From Ruminococcus sp. (GTDB taxonomy: Bacteria > Bacillota > Clostridia > Oscillospirales > Ruminococcaceae): a stretch of 64,000 nt of DNA. The notes below the pieces were generated by a model. It saw nothing but the letters and a program-made list of their open reading frames with translations, made no database searches and was not told the DNA's origin. The stretch lies in contig JAJQCE010000029.1 in assembly GCA_021202895.1 (NCBI GenBank), positions 9,664-73,663 on the forward strand. The letters run 5' to 3'. Of the stretch, positions 9,418 to 19,562 are shown piece after piece (position 1 is the stretch's first letter; the number at the start of each line of letters is the position of its first letter). The position numbers were made by a program, and so were the translations under genes.

Positions 9418-10701
9418 TCAGCTTGATTTAGCCTCAAGTCGTTTGGATTTATCTCCTCTGACAACCATAGGCTGTTGATTATTATTAACTGTTTCCTGCG
9501 TTACAACAACTTTGGTAATTTCAAAATCAGACGGTGCTTCAAACATAATATCAGTGAGGATATGCTCGACAATTGCTCTAAGACCTCTTGCTCCTGTTTT
9601 CTGTTCAATAGCCTTTTGTGCAACGGCTTTAAGCGCATCGTCTGTCATTTCAAACTCTATACCGTCCATTGTAAAAAGCTTTGTATACTGCTTTATCAAG
9701 GAGTTTTTAGGCTCGGTCAAAATTCTGCAAAGCGCCGTTTCGTCAAGCTCGTCAAGAACTGTTATAAGCGGAAGTCTGCCGACAAGCTCAGGCACAAGTC
9801 CGTACTTGATAAGGTCGTGAGGAACAACCTTTTTCATAATATCATGCTCCTCGCCCTGCTTAACCACGTTTGCGCCAAAGCCCATTGCTGATGATTCCGT
9901 ACGCTTTTTAATAATAGACTCAAGTCCTTCAAATGCGCCGCCGCAGATGAAAAGAATGTCCTTAGTATTTATCTGAATAAATTCCTGATGAGGATACTTT
10001 CTGCCGCCCTGCGGGGGAACATTTGAAACTGTACCCTCTACAATTTTCAAAAGTGCCTGCTGAACTCCCTCGCCGCTGACATCGCGGGTGATGGAGGTAT
10101 TTTCCGACTTTCTTGCAATCTTATCAATTTCATCAATATAGATTATTCCCTTTTCAGCCGCTTCAACATCATAATCGGCAGCCTGAATTAAGCGCGTCAA
10201 AACGTTTTCCACATCATCGCCTACATAGCCTGCTTCTGTAAGAGTTGTAGCGTCTGCAATTGCGAAAGGTACATTCAAAAGATTTGCAAGCGTTTGTGCA
10301 AGCAAAGTTTTTCCTGTTCCTGTAGGACCTAGCAAAAGCACATTACTCTTTTGGATTTCAACATCGTTCTCATTTTCTTCATCATAGTGAGAAAGAACCC
10401 TCTTATAATGATTATAAACTGCAACAGACAGTGCGATTTTAGCCTCGTCCTGACCGATAATATATTCGTCGAGCACATTTTTTATCTCAATCGGCGTATG
10501 CAGAGTTATACCGTACTCTTCCTCATCTACAGCAGCACCAAGCTCTGTTTCCTCGGTGAGCATAGTCTGACGGCTCAGGAGATTATAGCAAAGCGTAACA
10601 CATTCATCGCAGATATGATTACTATCCGCTGAAAAAATATATTTTACCTTTGTTTCGGGCTTGCCGCAAAAATCACATTTTTTTATTGTTTCATTAGCCA
10701 T
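9418..10701 (-). CDS. clpX: ATP-dependent Clp protease ATP-binding subunit
   Basis: CDFCGK..ICDECV zinc finger, [26 protein letters not shown]. Confidence 0.97.
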   Translation of the reverse strand: MANETIKKCDFCGKPETKVKYIFSADSNHICDECVTLCYNLLSRQTMLTEETELGAAVDEEEYGITLHTPIEIKNVLDEYIIGQDEAKIALSVAVYNHYKRVLSHYDEENENDVEIQKSNVLLLGPTGTGKTLLAQTLANLLNVPFAIADATTLTEAGYVGDDVENVLTRLIQAADYDVEAAEKGIIYIDEIDKIARKSENTSITRDVSGEGVQQALLKIVEGTVSNVPPQGGRKYPHQEFIQINTKDILFICGGAFEGLESIIKKRTESSAMGFGANVVKQGEEHDIMKKVVPHDLIKYGLVPELVGRLPLITVLDELDETALCRILTEPKNSLIKQYTKLFTMDGIEFEMTDDALKAVAQKAIEQKTGARGLRAIVEHILTDIMFEAPSDFEITKVVVTQETVNNNQQPMVVRGDKSKRLEAKSS

Positions 10702-10720
10702 TTTTATCAATCCTTGCCTT

Positions 10721-11311
10721 TTATCTATGGGCTATAACCTTATCAATCAAACCGTAATCTACCGCCTCCTGAGCAGAAAGATAGTTGTCACGCTCAGTAT
10801 CAACGTTAATCTGCTCAATCGGCTTACCAGTATTTTCAGAAAGAATACGATTCAGATTTTCTCTGGTTCTGACCATATGGTCTGACGCTATTTTTATGTC
10901 TGTAGTCTGACCTGACAATCCGCCTCCGCTGATAAGCGGCTGATGAATCAAAATTTCGCTGTTAGGAAGCGCAAAGCGCTTTCCCTTAGCACCGCTTGAA
11001 AGCAAAAACGCTCCCATTGACGCCGCCATTCCTATACAGATAGTGGACACATCACACTTAATGTATTGCATTGTATCATAAATTGCCATACCCGCTGTGA
11101 TTACTCCTCCAGGGCTGTCAATATACAAATCAATGTCCTTATCAGGGTCCTGCCCCTCCAGATAAAGCAGCTGGGCGATTACAACGCTTGCCGTTGCGTT
11201 ATCTATCTGGTCGCACAGCATAACGATTCTGTCATTGAGCAAGCGTGAAAAGATGTCATAGCTTCTCTCTCCTCTTCCCGTCTGCTCTACAACATAAGGT
11301 ACTAATGCCAT
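10721..11311 (-). CDS. clpP: Clp protease proteolytic subunit
   Basis: [38 protein letters not shown]. Confidence 0.97.
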   Translation of the reverse strand: MALVPYVVEQTGRGERSYDIFSRLLNDRIVMLCDQIDNATASVVIAQLLYLEGQDPDKDIDLYIDSPGGVITAGMAIYDTMQYIKCDVSTICIGMAASMGAFLLSSGAKGKRFALPNSEILIHQPLISGGGLSGQTTDIKIASDHMVRTRENLNRILSENTGKPIEQINVDTERDNYLSAQEAVDYGLIDKVIAHR

Positions 11312-11402
11312 AATTATTGCCTCCTTAAATTTAATTTTTGTTGTACTTTCTTTTTTACACAAATTTTCCGCACAAAAGGATTGTGGGAAAAATTGTTTTC
11401 AA

Positions 11403-12683
11403 CTACTTAATAACAGCCGTTTCCTTAACTAAATCTACAGCCTTGCTTACAGCAACGTCAAGAGCGATTCCCTTATCGGTAAGCTGTGCCTTTACAGCGT
11501 CAACCTCAAGACCGTAAGCGTCTGCAATTCTGGTATACTCCGCTTCGATTTCCTCATCGCTGGCTTGAATCCCCTCAAGCTTTACTATCTGCTCAAGCGC
11601 AAGTCTTAAATCGACCTGACTTTTAGCCTGTCCCTCATAAACCTTTTTTGCGCTGTCAAGGCTCTGACCTGTATACTGGAAATACTGCTGCAAGGTAATA
11701 CCCTGCGGTGCAAGACGCTGTGAAAGCTCCTGAAGCATTTCATTTACACGATTATCATACATAACCTGTGGAACGTCAGCCTTCATATTTTCTACAAGCT
11801 TATCAAACAGCTTGCGTTCAACATCGTTTTCAGCTGCCTTTTCAGCGGATTCCTCAAGCGTCTTTTTGATGTCGGCTTTATACTCGTCAACTGTATCAAA
11901 TTCAGTAGAATCCTTAATCAGTTCATCGTCAAGCAGCGGAACCTCCTTAAACTTAACCTCTTTAAGATTTATCTTAAATACAGCGTCCGCTCCCTTAAGC
12001 TCCTCTACCTGATATTCCTCTGGGAAGGTGACATTAATATCAAAGCTTTCACCTGCCTTATGTCCAACAATCTGCTCTTCAAAGCCAGGGATAAACTGAC
12101 CGCTGCCAAGCTCTAAATCAAAGTCCTCAGCCTCGCCGCCCTCGAAAGCAACGTCATCCTTAAAGCCCTTAAAATCAATTACAACTATGTCGCCGTTTAC
12201 AGCCTCTCTATCATCAGCATTGATAAGTCTTGCGTTCTTTTCACATATCTTATTTGCTTTCTTGTCAACGTCCTCATCAGTAACAGCATTGACAACCTTT
12301 TCAACCTCTATTCCCTTGTAATCGCTAATCTCTACCTCAGGCTTAACGGTGCAGGTTGCCTTAATGACAACTCCATTTTCCTTGCTGATTTGAGTTACCT
12401 TAGCATCAGGACGGTCTACAAGCTCGATCCCCGATTCGTCTACAGCAGAATCAATCGCTTTCGGAGCAATTGAATTAACTGCATCCTCAAAGAAAAATTC
12501 TTCGCCGTACTCACGCTCAATCAGCTTGCGGGGAGCCTTGCCCTTGCGGAATCCTGGCATAGATATTCTTTTTCTTGTTTTGAGGTAGGTTTTCTGAATC
12601 GCTTCCTCAAATTCCTCTGCGCTGATTTCAATTTCCAGCTCCACCGTATTCTTTTCGGTATTGTTTACAGCCTTTAAACTCAT
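11403..12683 (-). CDS. tig: Trigger factor
   Basis: GFRKGKAP, FKBP-type GEAEDFDLELGSGQFIPGFEEQ; tig-clpP-clpX order. Confidence 0.97.
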   Translation of the reverse strand: MSLKAVNNTEKNTVELEIEISAEEFEEAIQKTYLKTRKRISMPGFRKGKAPRKLIEREYGEEFFFEDAVNSIAPKAIDSAVDESGIELVDRPDAKVTQISKENGVVIKATCTVKPEVEISDYKGIEVEKVVNAVTDEDVDKKANKICEKNARLINADDREAVNGDIVVIDFKGFKDDVAFEGGEAEDFDLELGSGQFIPGFEEQIVGHKAGESFDINVTFPEEYQVEELKGADAVFKINLKEVKFKEVPLLDDELIKDSTEFDTVDEYKADIKKTLEESAEKAAENDVERKLFDKLVENMKADVPQVMYDNRVNEMLQELSQRLAPQGITLQQYFQYTGQSLDSAKKVYEGQAKSQVDLRLALEQIVKLEGIQASDEEIEAEYTRIADAYGLEVDAVKAQLTDKGIALDVAVSKAVDLVKETAVIK

Positions 12684-12758
12684 TTTTTATTCCTCCATTT
12701 ATGAATGTATCTGAATAATTATAGCACACTTTGAATCAAAAATCCAGTGTTTTTATAA

Positions 12759-13469
12759 TTATTCATCATTTTGCACAATTTTTGTTATGTTCAGCGGCAT
12801 AAATTGTAGAAAATCACTTGAAACAAGATGGTAATTTATACCGTCACGTTTGCCTTTTACAGCATACATATGCTTTTTTTTACCATGAATATGTCCATAG
12901 AAGCACTCTTTAACATTATGACGCTTAAGCACGTCTAAAATTTCTTTATTTTCTCCGTCAAGATAAATTGGCGGATAGTGCAGAAACACAAGCGGCTCAA
13001 GGTCTTTACTTTCAGCCAAAGCTATTGACGTTTCAAGACGCTGCGCCTCACGAAGCAGGATCTTTTTATCCGTATACTCACCGTTCTCGCTAATCCAGCC
13101 TCTTGTTCCGCAGATTCCAAATCTGCCATATGAATAGCAGTTGTTATGCAGTATAAAAATATCGTCAAAGTCGTTTGACTTTAAAAATTTTTCCATTTTG
13201 CCAACTGTATTCCACCAATAATCGTGATTGCCCTTTGACAAAATCTTAATGCCGTTAAGCCCACTCAAAAATTTAAAATCATCATAAGCGTCTTCAAGCT
13301 TCATTGCCCAGCTAAAATCTCCTGGCAAAACCACAATATCGTTTTGCTTTACGCAATGCTGCCAATTGTGTTTAAGTCTTTCAGCATAATTATCCCAGCC
13401 GTCAAAAATATCCATCGGCTTATTTACCGAGAAAGGCAGATGCAAATCAGCTATTACAAAAAGTGACAA
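12759..13469 (-). CDS. Calcineurin-like metallophosphoesterase
   Basis: ADLH, PGDFSW, GNHD, FLHYPP, YGHIH; TTG start after GGAGG. Confidence 0.85.
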   Translation of the reverse strand: MSLFVIADLHLPFSVNKPMDIFDGWDNYAERLKHNWQHCVKQNDIVVLPGDFSWAMKLEDAYDDFKFLSGLNGIKILSKGNHDYWWNTVGKMEKFLKSNDFDDIFILHNNCYSYGRFGICGTRGWISENGEYTDKKILLREAQRLETSIALAESKDLEPLVFLHYPPIYLDGENKEILDVLKRHNVKECFYGHIHGKKKHMYAVKGKRDGINYHLVSSDFLQFMPLNITKIVQNDE

Positions 13470-13577
13470 GTAAAAACCTCCAAAACGACTGATGAATAAC
13501 TAAGCTTGTTTCGTCAATAATATTTCTATGGCGGCAAAGCCGTCTATAAGCAAAGCTCAAAAAGGAGTTGAAAGAAA

Positions 13578-13739
13578 ATGGACAACATCAACAGAGGTAT
13601 TCACTGCAACGTAGAAAACTGCGTTTACAACAAGAACGCCTGCGAATGTACAGCAGATACTATTGATGTAAGCTGTACCTGCTCAAAGCCAGATTGCTGT
13701 GACGAAACCGAATGTAAGACCTTTAAATGCAAATGCTAG
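13578..13739 (+). CDS. 53-aa Cys-rich protein, DUF1540-like (not in the ORF track)
   Basis: AAGGAG RBS; MDNINRGIHCNVENCVYNKNACECTADTIDVSCTCSKPDCCDETECKTFKCKC; CxVxNCxY..C.A..I.V and T.C.TF pattern. Confidence 0.8.
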   Translation: MDNINRGIHCNVENCVYNKNACECTADTIDVSCTCSKPDCCDETECKTFKCKC

Positions 13740-13778
13740 TTGTGTTAAATTTGTCCTTTAAGGGCAGATTAACACAGC

Positions 13779-13800
13779 CGCCTGACCATACGGTCGGGCG
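13779..13800. terminator. Hairpin between convergent DUF1540-like gene and thrC
   Basis: CGCCTGACC-ATAC-GGTCGGGCG stem-loop. Confidence 0.55.
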
Positions 13801-13806
13801 TACATA

Positions 13807-15297
13807 TCAGATTCCCAGTACAGAATAAACGTAATCCGCCATAGAAGCCTTTTCAATCACGTCCTTAAATCTTACTTCCTTATCCTTAAGCTGTGCAAGC
13901 GAGGACGGAACAGGAAGTCCTGAAAGCTCGTGAAGCTTATCCACAAGCTCAAATTCGCTTGATTCGGTATTCTTGCCAAGTGCTGAAAGCACAGAGCCTG
14001 AAAACTTATATGGACTTGCCGTTGAAGCGATTATCGTCTTTGTATCATCACCTGTTGAAGCCTTATAATCAAGATAAACCTTTACAGCTACAGCGGTATG
14101 GGTATCGCAGACATAGCCGTATTTATCGTAAATTTCCTTAATTGTCGACTTAGTCTGAGTGTCGTTGCAGAAGCCTGCTGAAAACTCTTCAAAGAGCTTT
14201 TGCTTAACGTCCTCTGTAACCTCATATTTCCCATCTTTAGCAAGCTTGCCGAACCAATCGTTTACAAGCTCGGTATTCTCATCTGAAAGAATATAGAGAA
14301 GTCTTTCAAGGTTTGAAGAAATAAGAATATCCATTGACGGAGAAATCGTAGTGTGAAAATCACGGTTTTTGTCATATATTCCCGTTTTGAGAAAGTCGGT
14401 AAGCACATTATTTGCGTTTGACGCACAGATAAGCTTATTTACAGGCACTCCCATATGCTTTGCGTAATAGCCTGCAAGTATATTTCCGAAGTTGCCCGTT
14501 GGAACAACTATATTTATCTTATCGCCAAGCTCGATTTCGCCGTCTGCGACAAGCTGTGCATAGGAGGACACATAGTAAATAATTTGCGGCGCAAGTCTGC
14601 CCCAGTTTATTGAATTTGCAGAGGAAAACATCATGCCGTTAGCTTCAAGCTTCCTGGCAATTTCCTCGCTTGTGAAAATAGCCTTTACGCCGTTTTGCGC
14701 ATCGTCAAAATTGCCGTCTATAGCGCACACTCCAACGTTATTTCCCTCCTGAGTCGTCATTTGCTTTTTCTGCATGGCGGAAACTCCATCGGCAGGGTAA
14801 AAGACCAGAATCGAAGTCCCCTCTACATCCTTAAAGCCTTCCAGAGCAGCTTTTCCTGTATCTCCAGAGGTTGCCACAAGAATAACAACCTTTTTATCTG
14901 AATTAAGCTTTCTAGTAGACGTTGTAAGCAGGTAAGGCAGAATCTGAAGCGCCATATCCTTAAATGCGCAGGTAGGTCCATGCCAAAGTTCAAGCATAAA
15001 GCCGCCGTCAAAAAGCTTATTAAGCTGAGCTATATCATCGCTGTCAAAAGCCTTTGTTGTATAGGCGTTGTCAACGCAATGAGATATTTCCGCTTCGGTA
15101 AAATCCGTAAGAAATTTTGCAAAAACAAGCTTCGCTCGTTCACGGTAGCTCATGCTTCCCATAGCCTTAAGCTCATCAAAGCTTACAGACGGAATTTCAC
15201 TCGGTACAAACAAGCCTCCGTCCTTTGAAATTCCCTGTGCTATCGCCTGTGCGCTCGAAACCTTTACATCGGCGTCACGTGTGCTTTTATAATACAT
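13807..15297 (-). CDS. thrC: Threonine synthase
   Basis: ELWHGPTCAFKDMALQ (PLP Lys), ATSGDTG, SANSINWGR, VPTGNFGN. Confidence 0.96.
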   Translation of the reverse strand: MYYKSTRDADVKVSSAQAIAQGISKDGGLFVPSEIPSVSFDELKAMGSMSYRERAKLVFAKFLTDFTEAEISHCVDNAYTTKAFDSDDIAQLNKLFDGGFMLELWHGPTCAFKDMALQILPYLLTTSTRKLNSDKKVVILVATSGDTGKAALEGFKDVEGTSILVFYPADGVSAMQKKQMTTQEGNNVGVCAIDGNFDDAQNGVKAIFTSEEIARKLEANGMMFSSANSINWGRLAPQIIYYVSSYAQLVADGEIELGDKINIVVPTGNFGNILAGYYAKHMGVPVNKLICASNANNVLTDFLKTGIYDKNRDFHTTISPSMDILISSNLERLLYILSDENTELVNDWFGKLAKDGKYEVTEDVKQKLFEEFSAGFCNDTQTKSTIKEIYDKYGYVCDTHTAVAVKVYLDYKASTGDDTKTIIASTASPYKFSGSVLSALGKNTESSEFELVDKLHELSGLPVPSSLAQLKDKEVRFKDVIEKASMADYVYSVLGI

Positions 15298-15321
15298 AAT
15301 TTTCTCACCTTTCTTTTTACC

Positions 15322-15711
15322 TTACGCCTGACTTGCGTCAAATGCGCTTACATAATATTTAACGTGTTTTACGCTGCCATTTTCCATAGTAACCGCCGCA
15401 ACGTCAAAACGGCAAATCGCTTCGCCGTATTCCTTTTTATAGCGGCTATAATAAAGCTGTGCGGTTTTTATAATAAAACGCTTCTTTTTAGCGGTAATCG
15501 CACGCTCTGCGCTTACCATAGCGTCAGCCTTTCGGGTCTTTACCTCGACAAACGCAAGATGATCATCCTTTCTGGCTATAATATCAATTTCTCCGCCTTT
15601 AACGGTGTAATTACGAGCTAAAATTTCATAGCCGTTATTCTCAAGAAACTTAGCGACTGCCGCTTCGCCTGCATTGCCTATTTTACGGTTTTCACTTCTG
15701 TTTTGCTGCAT
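15322..15711 (-). CDS. YraN (UPF0102) family nuclease-like protein
   Basis: GNAGE..A..FL, RNY...GEIDIIA, FVEVKTR, CRFDV. Confidence 0.9.
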   Translation of the reverse strand: MQQNRSENRKIGNAGEAAVAKFLENNGYEILARNYTVKGGEIDIIARKDDHLAFVEVKTRKADAMVSAERAITAKKKRFIIKTAQLYYSRYKKEYGEAICRFDVAAVTMENGSVKHVKYYVSAFDASQA

Positions 15712-16321
15712 AATATTTTTTTAAAAACGTACGCCTATGTATTTCACAGGCTCCGTATTTGTCAAGCGCTTCATAGTGAAGCTTTGTTCCGTACCCTTTA
15801 TGCTTTTCAAAGGAGTACTGCGGATATTTCTGCGCCATTTCTAGCATATATCTGTCACGGGCAACCTTTGCAAGAACAGATGCCGCCGCTATAGACTGAC
15901 TTTTAGCGTCGCCCTTAATCACAAATTCTGTCGGGCAGTCTACAGGCGGCGTTTTATTGCCATCGGCAAGCACCAGATCAGACACAACCTCAAGCTTATC
16001 AACTGCACGCTTCATCGCAAGCATAGAGCACTGCAAAATGTTCAGTCTGTCTATCTCCTCAACGCTTGCCGCTGCAATTGCCCAGTAAAGAGCTTTTTGC
16101 TTAATCTCGTCAAAAAGTTGCTCTCTCTTTTTAGGCGAGAGCTTTTTGCTGTCGTTAATTCCGTCAATCACCGTATCAGGTGAAAAAATCACAGCGGCGG
16201 CAAAGACATCGCCTGCTAAAGGTCCTCTTCCTGCTTCATCGGTGCCGCAAAGAAGCGGATATTTATCATAATAGCTCAAATCAAATTCATGAAGAACATT
16301 TTTTTCAATTGTAACATTCAT
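15692..16321 (-). CDS. rnhB: Ribonuclease HII
   Basis: GTDEAGRGPLAG, DSKKLS, DGN, KGDAKSQSIAAASVLAKV. Confidence 0.96.
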   Translation of the reverse strand: MNVTIEKNVLHEFDLSYYDKYPLLCGTDEAGRGPLAGDVFAAAVIFSPDTVIDGINDSKKLSPKKREQLFDEIKQKALYWAIAAASVEEIDRLNILQCSMLAMKRAVDKLEVVSDLVLADGNKTPPVDCPTEFVIKGDAKSQSIAAASVLAKVARDRYMLEMAQKYPQYSFEKHKGYGTKLHYEALDKYGACEIHRRTFLKKYYAAKQK

Positions 16322-17208
16322 TTCGGCAGCTCCAAAGTGATTCGTCCAAGCTTTCCCGCTCTAAATTCGTCCATAACTGTTATTGCGCATCTTTCGGTAT
16401 TTACATCTCCGCCTGAAAGCAGGAAGCCACGCTTTTTAGCTATCCTTTCCAAAAGCTCAAAGCCTATAACACAGCCTGAAAGCTCATCTCTGTTTTCAGG
16501 TAAATCATCAAGTGAAATACCATATCTTGAAACAATACATTCCGGATAAATCTCCAACATAAGCTCCAAAAATCTACAGGCAAGGTATTCTATATCAAGC
16601 ACCTGATCCTTGACCGCACCTGTAAAGGCAAGTCTTTCGCCAACGTCCTTGTCCTCAAACTTAGGCCAAAGCACTCCCGGCATATCAAGAAGCTCTATAT
16701 TATCGTCAACCTTAATCCACTGTGCGCCTCTAGTAACTCCAGGGCGATCCTCAACCCTTGTACAGTTATATCCTGCAAGCTTATTTATAAGAGAGGATTT
16801 GCCTACATTAGGTATTCCGACTATCATAAGCCTTATCGGTCTGCCATTCATGCCCTTTTCATTCCATGCCTTAGTTTTATCACTCATAAGCTCTGCAAGA
16901 GCTGATTTAAAGCGATTTATATTTTTGCCGCTCCTGCAATCGGTTGCTACAGCTAATATGCCATTTCTTTTATAAAAATCTATCCACTGAGATGTTGCCG
17001 TTTCGTCTGCCGAATCGGATTTATTAAGCACGATAATTCTAGGCTTATTTCCCACAAGGCTGTCCATTTCAGGATTACGGCTTGAATACGGAATCCTTGC
17101 GTCAGTGATTTCAGCCACCGCATCTACAAGCTTAAGGCTTGAACGCATAATCCGTCTTGTCTTAGCCATATGCCCAGGAAACCACTGCACCTGTGTATTT
17201 TCGCTCAT
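16318..17208 (-). CDS. rbgA: Ribosome biogenesis GTPase RbgA/YlqF
   Basis: QWFPGHMAKT, NKSD, GIPNVGKSS, LLDMPG. Confidence 0.96.
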   Translation of the reverse strand: MSENTQVQWFPGHMAKTRRIMRSSLKLVDAVAEITDARIPYSSRNPEMDSLVGNKPRIIVLNKSDSADETATSQWIDFYKRNGILAVATDCRSGKNINRFKSALAELMSDKTKAWNEKGMNGRPIRLMIVGIPNVGKSSLINKLAGYNCTRVEDRPGVTRGAQWIKVDDNIELLDMPGVLWPKFEDKDVGERLAFTGAVKDQVLDIEYLACRFLELMLEIYPECIVSRYGISLDDLPENRDELSGCVIGFELLERIAKKRGFLLSGGDVNTERCAITVMDEFRAGKLGRITLELPK

Positions 17209-17224
17209 TTAAAACCTCCGTTTG

Positions 17225-17839
17225 TCAGCTCAGCACCTCAAAGGTGTCAAAAGGATAGAACCTAAGCACAGCTTTGCCAAGCACGTCGTCCATGTCAATA
17301 AAGCCTACTCCTGCATCTCTGCTGTCACGAGAGCCGTTTCTGTTGTCGCCCAGCGCAAAGATGCAGCCGTCAGGAACATCATATTCATACTGTGTGTCAG
17401 AAATTTTATAGCTTTCATCAAAGGTTGTGAGAATTTCCATCTCCTCGCCTAAATAGCTTTCGTCAATTTCCTCACCGTTGACGGTAATAGTATTGGTTTC
17501 ATAGTCAATTATGACTTTATCTCCCTCAACGCCTATACAGCGTTTAATTATCGTCTTATTAAGACTAGGGCTATTTGCTACAATAATATCTCCGCGCTGA
17601 GGAGTATAATTAAAATGTGAAAGTAACAATCTTTGACCGTCCTCTAAAGTAGGAAGCATAGACGTGCCATCAACCACAACTGTTCTAAAAAGAAAAATAA
17701 ACACCAGCAAAACCAAAAATATTGCAAACACAAAGGATTCTACCCAGTCTAAAAATTCATTGACAGTACTGGATTTCTTTTGCTCCGAGTCATCTTTTTC
17801 TCTTTTATTACCATTAAGATTTTCATCATTGCTGCTCAT
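17225..17839 (-). CDS. lepB: Signal peptidase I
   Basis: VDGTSMLPTL, IIKRCIG, LGDNRNGSRDSR. Confidence 0.94.
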   Translation of the reverse strand: MSSNDENLNGNKREKDDSEQKKSSTVNEFLDWVESFVFAIFLVLLVFIFLFRTVVVDGTSMLPTLEDGQRLLLSHFNYTPQRGDIIVANSPSLNKTIIKRCIGVEGDKVIIDYETNTITVNGEEIDESYLGEEMEILTTFDESYKISDTQYEYDVPDGCIFALGDNRNGSRDSRDAGVGFIDMDDVLGKAVLRFYPFDTFEVLS

Positions 17840-18029
17840 AATTTATTCTGCCTCTTTAACAAAAAAAATATCTGTCTAATAAAATCATACATTACTATTA
17901 TAACAAATCCTGCGAATAATTGCAAGCGTCTTTGAAAAATTTTCATTTGAAATTCGACTATTCACGAAAATTTTACTTTTACAGCAGCTATATCTATGTA
18001 AAAATTTCCATTTAGTACAGCTATTAAAA

Positions 18030-18064
18030 TCACAGCCGATGCAAATTAAAACAATCGGCTGTGA
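18030..18064 (-). terminator. Probable intrinsic terminator
   Basis: TCACAGCCGAT/ATCGGCTGTGA perfect 11-bp stem, T-rich downstream on the minus strand. Confidence 0.6.
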
Positions 18065-18077
18065 AAAGAGGCATTTT

Positions 18078-18377
18078 TCATATTGTAAAGGTCATCTGCT
18101 CACTTATAAGCGGCTCATCCTCACTCTCAATTCTTATCTTTAATTCACCGCAAAAATCAATCGGCTCAAAAAATTCAAAAAACTCAAGATTTTTCTGACG
18201 GCAGCATAGCTTATCATTGATGTAAAGCCTTAGAATCTTTTTATCCGAGTTAACGCTGATACTTATGTAATCGTTTACTTTCTTTGCTTCGCATATATGA
18301 ATAAAACCGCAGACGTCATCCTTAATTACAGAATCATCTATATACAGGATTTCATCCTCATCTTCCTCTTCAATCAT
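18078..18377 (-). CDS. Hypothetical acidic protein (~99 aa)
   Basis: AAAGGAGG RBS before ATG 18377; own terminator; no recognised motif. Confidence 0.55.
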   Translation of the reverse strand: MIEEEDEDEILYIDDSVIKDDVCGFIHICEAKKVNDYISISVNSDKKILRLYINDKLCCRQKNLEFFEFFEPIDFCGELKIRIESEDEPLISEQMTFTI

Positions 18378-18647
18378 AACGAAAGCCTCCTTTCGCAAAT
18401 TACAAGGACTTGTTAATTTATGTCAATTTTATCTATGTAGATTCATATTATCTTATTTTCTAATTATATTATATCGCTTTTGCACAATTTTTTCATGAAC
18501 AATTATTATTTTTTTGTGAAACATTTTCTGCTATTTGATTATTGATGAGATATATTAACCTTATGTTTACAATATATACACTATATCAAAACACAATCAT
18601 ATATTTGTCGTAATATTTTAATCTATATAAGAATATTAGCCTATCAA

Positions 18648-18676
18648 TTGACAAATTATATGCGGTATGATATAAT
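18648..18676 (+). promoter_or_regulatory. sigmaA consensus promoter of the phosphoesterase-mnmA-LRR operon
   Basis: TTGACA-17 nt-TATAAT with TGn. Confidence 0.8.
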
Positions 18677-18701
18677 GATTTTAAATGAGTTAAGAGGTGT
18701 C

Positions 18702-19550
18702 ATGATAATGAGAATTGCAGCGCTTGGAGATATTCATTCAAACCATTTTGCGCTTGAAGCCTGTATGGACTGGATTTATAAAAACGACATTGACGGCATC
18801 GCTTTTTTAGGCGACTATGTTTCAGACTGTCCATATCCGCAGAAAACAATGCAGATAATAAGAAATATACCGTGCGAATACAAAACTTGGTTTGTAAGAG
18901 GAAACAGAGAGGACTATATGCTCTTTCACAAGCGTAATCTTACTGAAAGCTGGCACTACAATTCTCAAAGCGGCTCGCTTTTATACACCTACGAAAATTT
19001 AAGCGATTCGGATCTGCGCTTTTTTGAGGCTATGCCAATTGGAATGGAGGTAAAGCTCGACGGTTATCCGCCTTTTTCAATTTGTCACGGCTCTATGCAA
19101 AGCAGCGGCGAGCTTTTTTACGATGATTCGCCTGAAATTAAAAGCATAGCAAGGGAGATGACGACGAAGCTTTTAATATGCGCACACTGTCACAAGCAGT
19201 ACATTTACACTAAAGGAGCAAAAACCATTCTCAACGCAGGCACTGTGGGTGTTCCCTCGCGCGGTGACACTGATGCTCAGATGGCAATTATCGAGTCAAA
19301 CGGCGGAGAATGGAGTGTGCAGACTGTAGCTGTTCCATACGACAGAGAAGCAGTAATCAATGAATTTTACGAAAGCGGACTTATCAAAAAAGCCAACGTC
19401 TGGAGCAGAACTATTATTGCCGTGATTAAAACAGGCAGGCACTACAATTCAGAATGTGTACAGCTTGTCAAGAGGCTTTGCAAAGAGCTAGGAAGAGAAT
19501 TTTCCGATGAAGAAATTTGGCAGATGGTAGCATCAGAATTAGATATTTAG
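18702..19550 (+). CDS. Metallophosphoesterase (YfcE/calcineurin-like)
   Basis: GDIHSN, LGDYV, RGNRE, ICHGS, CAHCH, NAGTVG. Confidence 0.85.
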   Translation: MIMRIAALGDIHSNHFALEACMDWIYKNDIDGIAFLGDYVSDCPYPQKTMQIIRNIPCEYKTWFVRGNREDYMLFHKRNLTESWHYNSQSGSLLYTYENLSDSDLRFFEAMPIGMEVKLDGYPPFSICHGSMQSSGELFYDDSPEIKSIAREMTTKLLICAHCHKQYIYTKGAKTILNAGTVGVPSRGDTDAQMAIIESNGGEWSVQTVAVPYDREAVINEFYESGLIKKANVWSRTIIAVIKTGRHYNSECVQLVKRLCKELGREFSDEEIWQMVASELDI

Positions 19551-19562
19551 GAATGATGAAAA

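Noticed and set aside
9041-9464. ORF-track entries 9041-9262 and 9201-9464 as two genes
   Set aside because: They are the two halves of frameshifted spoIIID.
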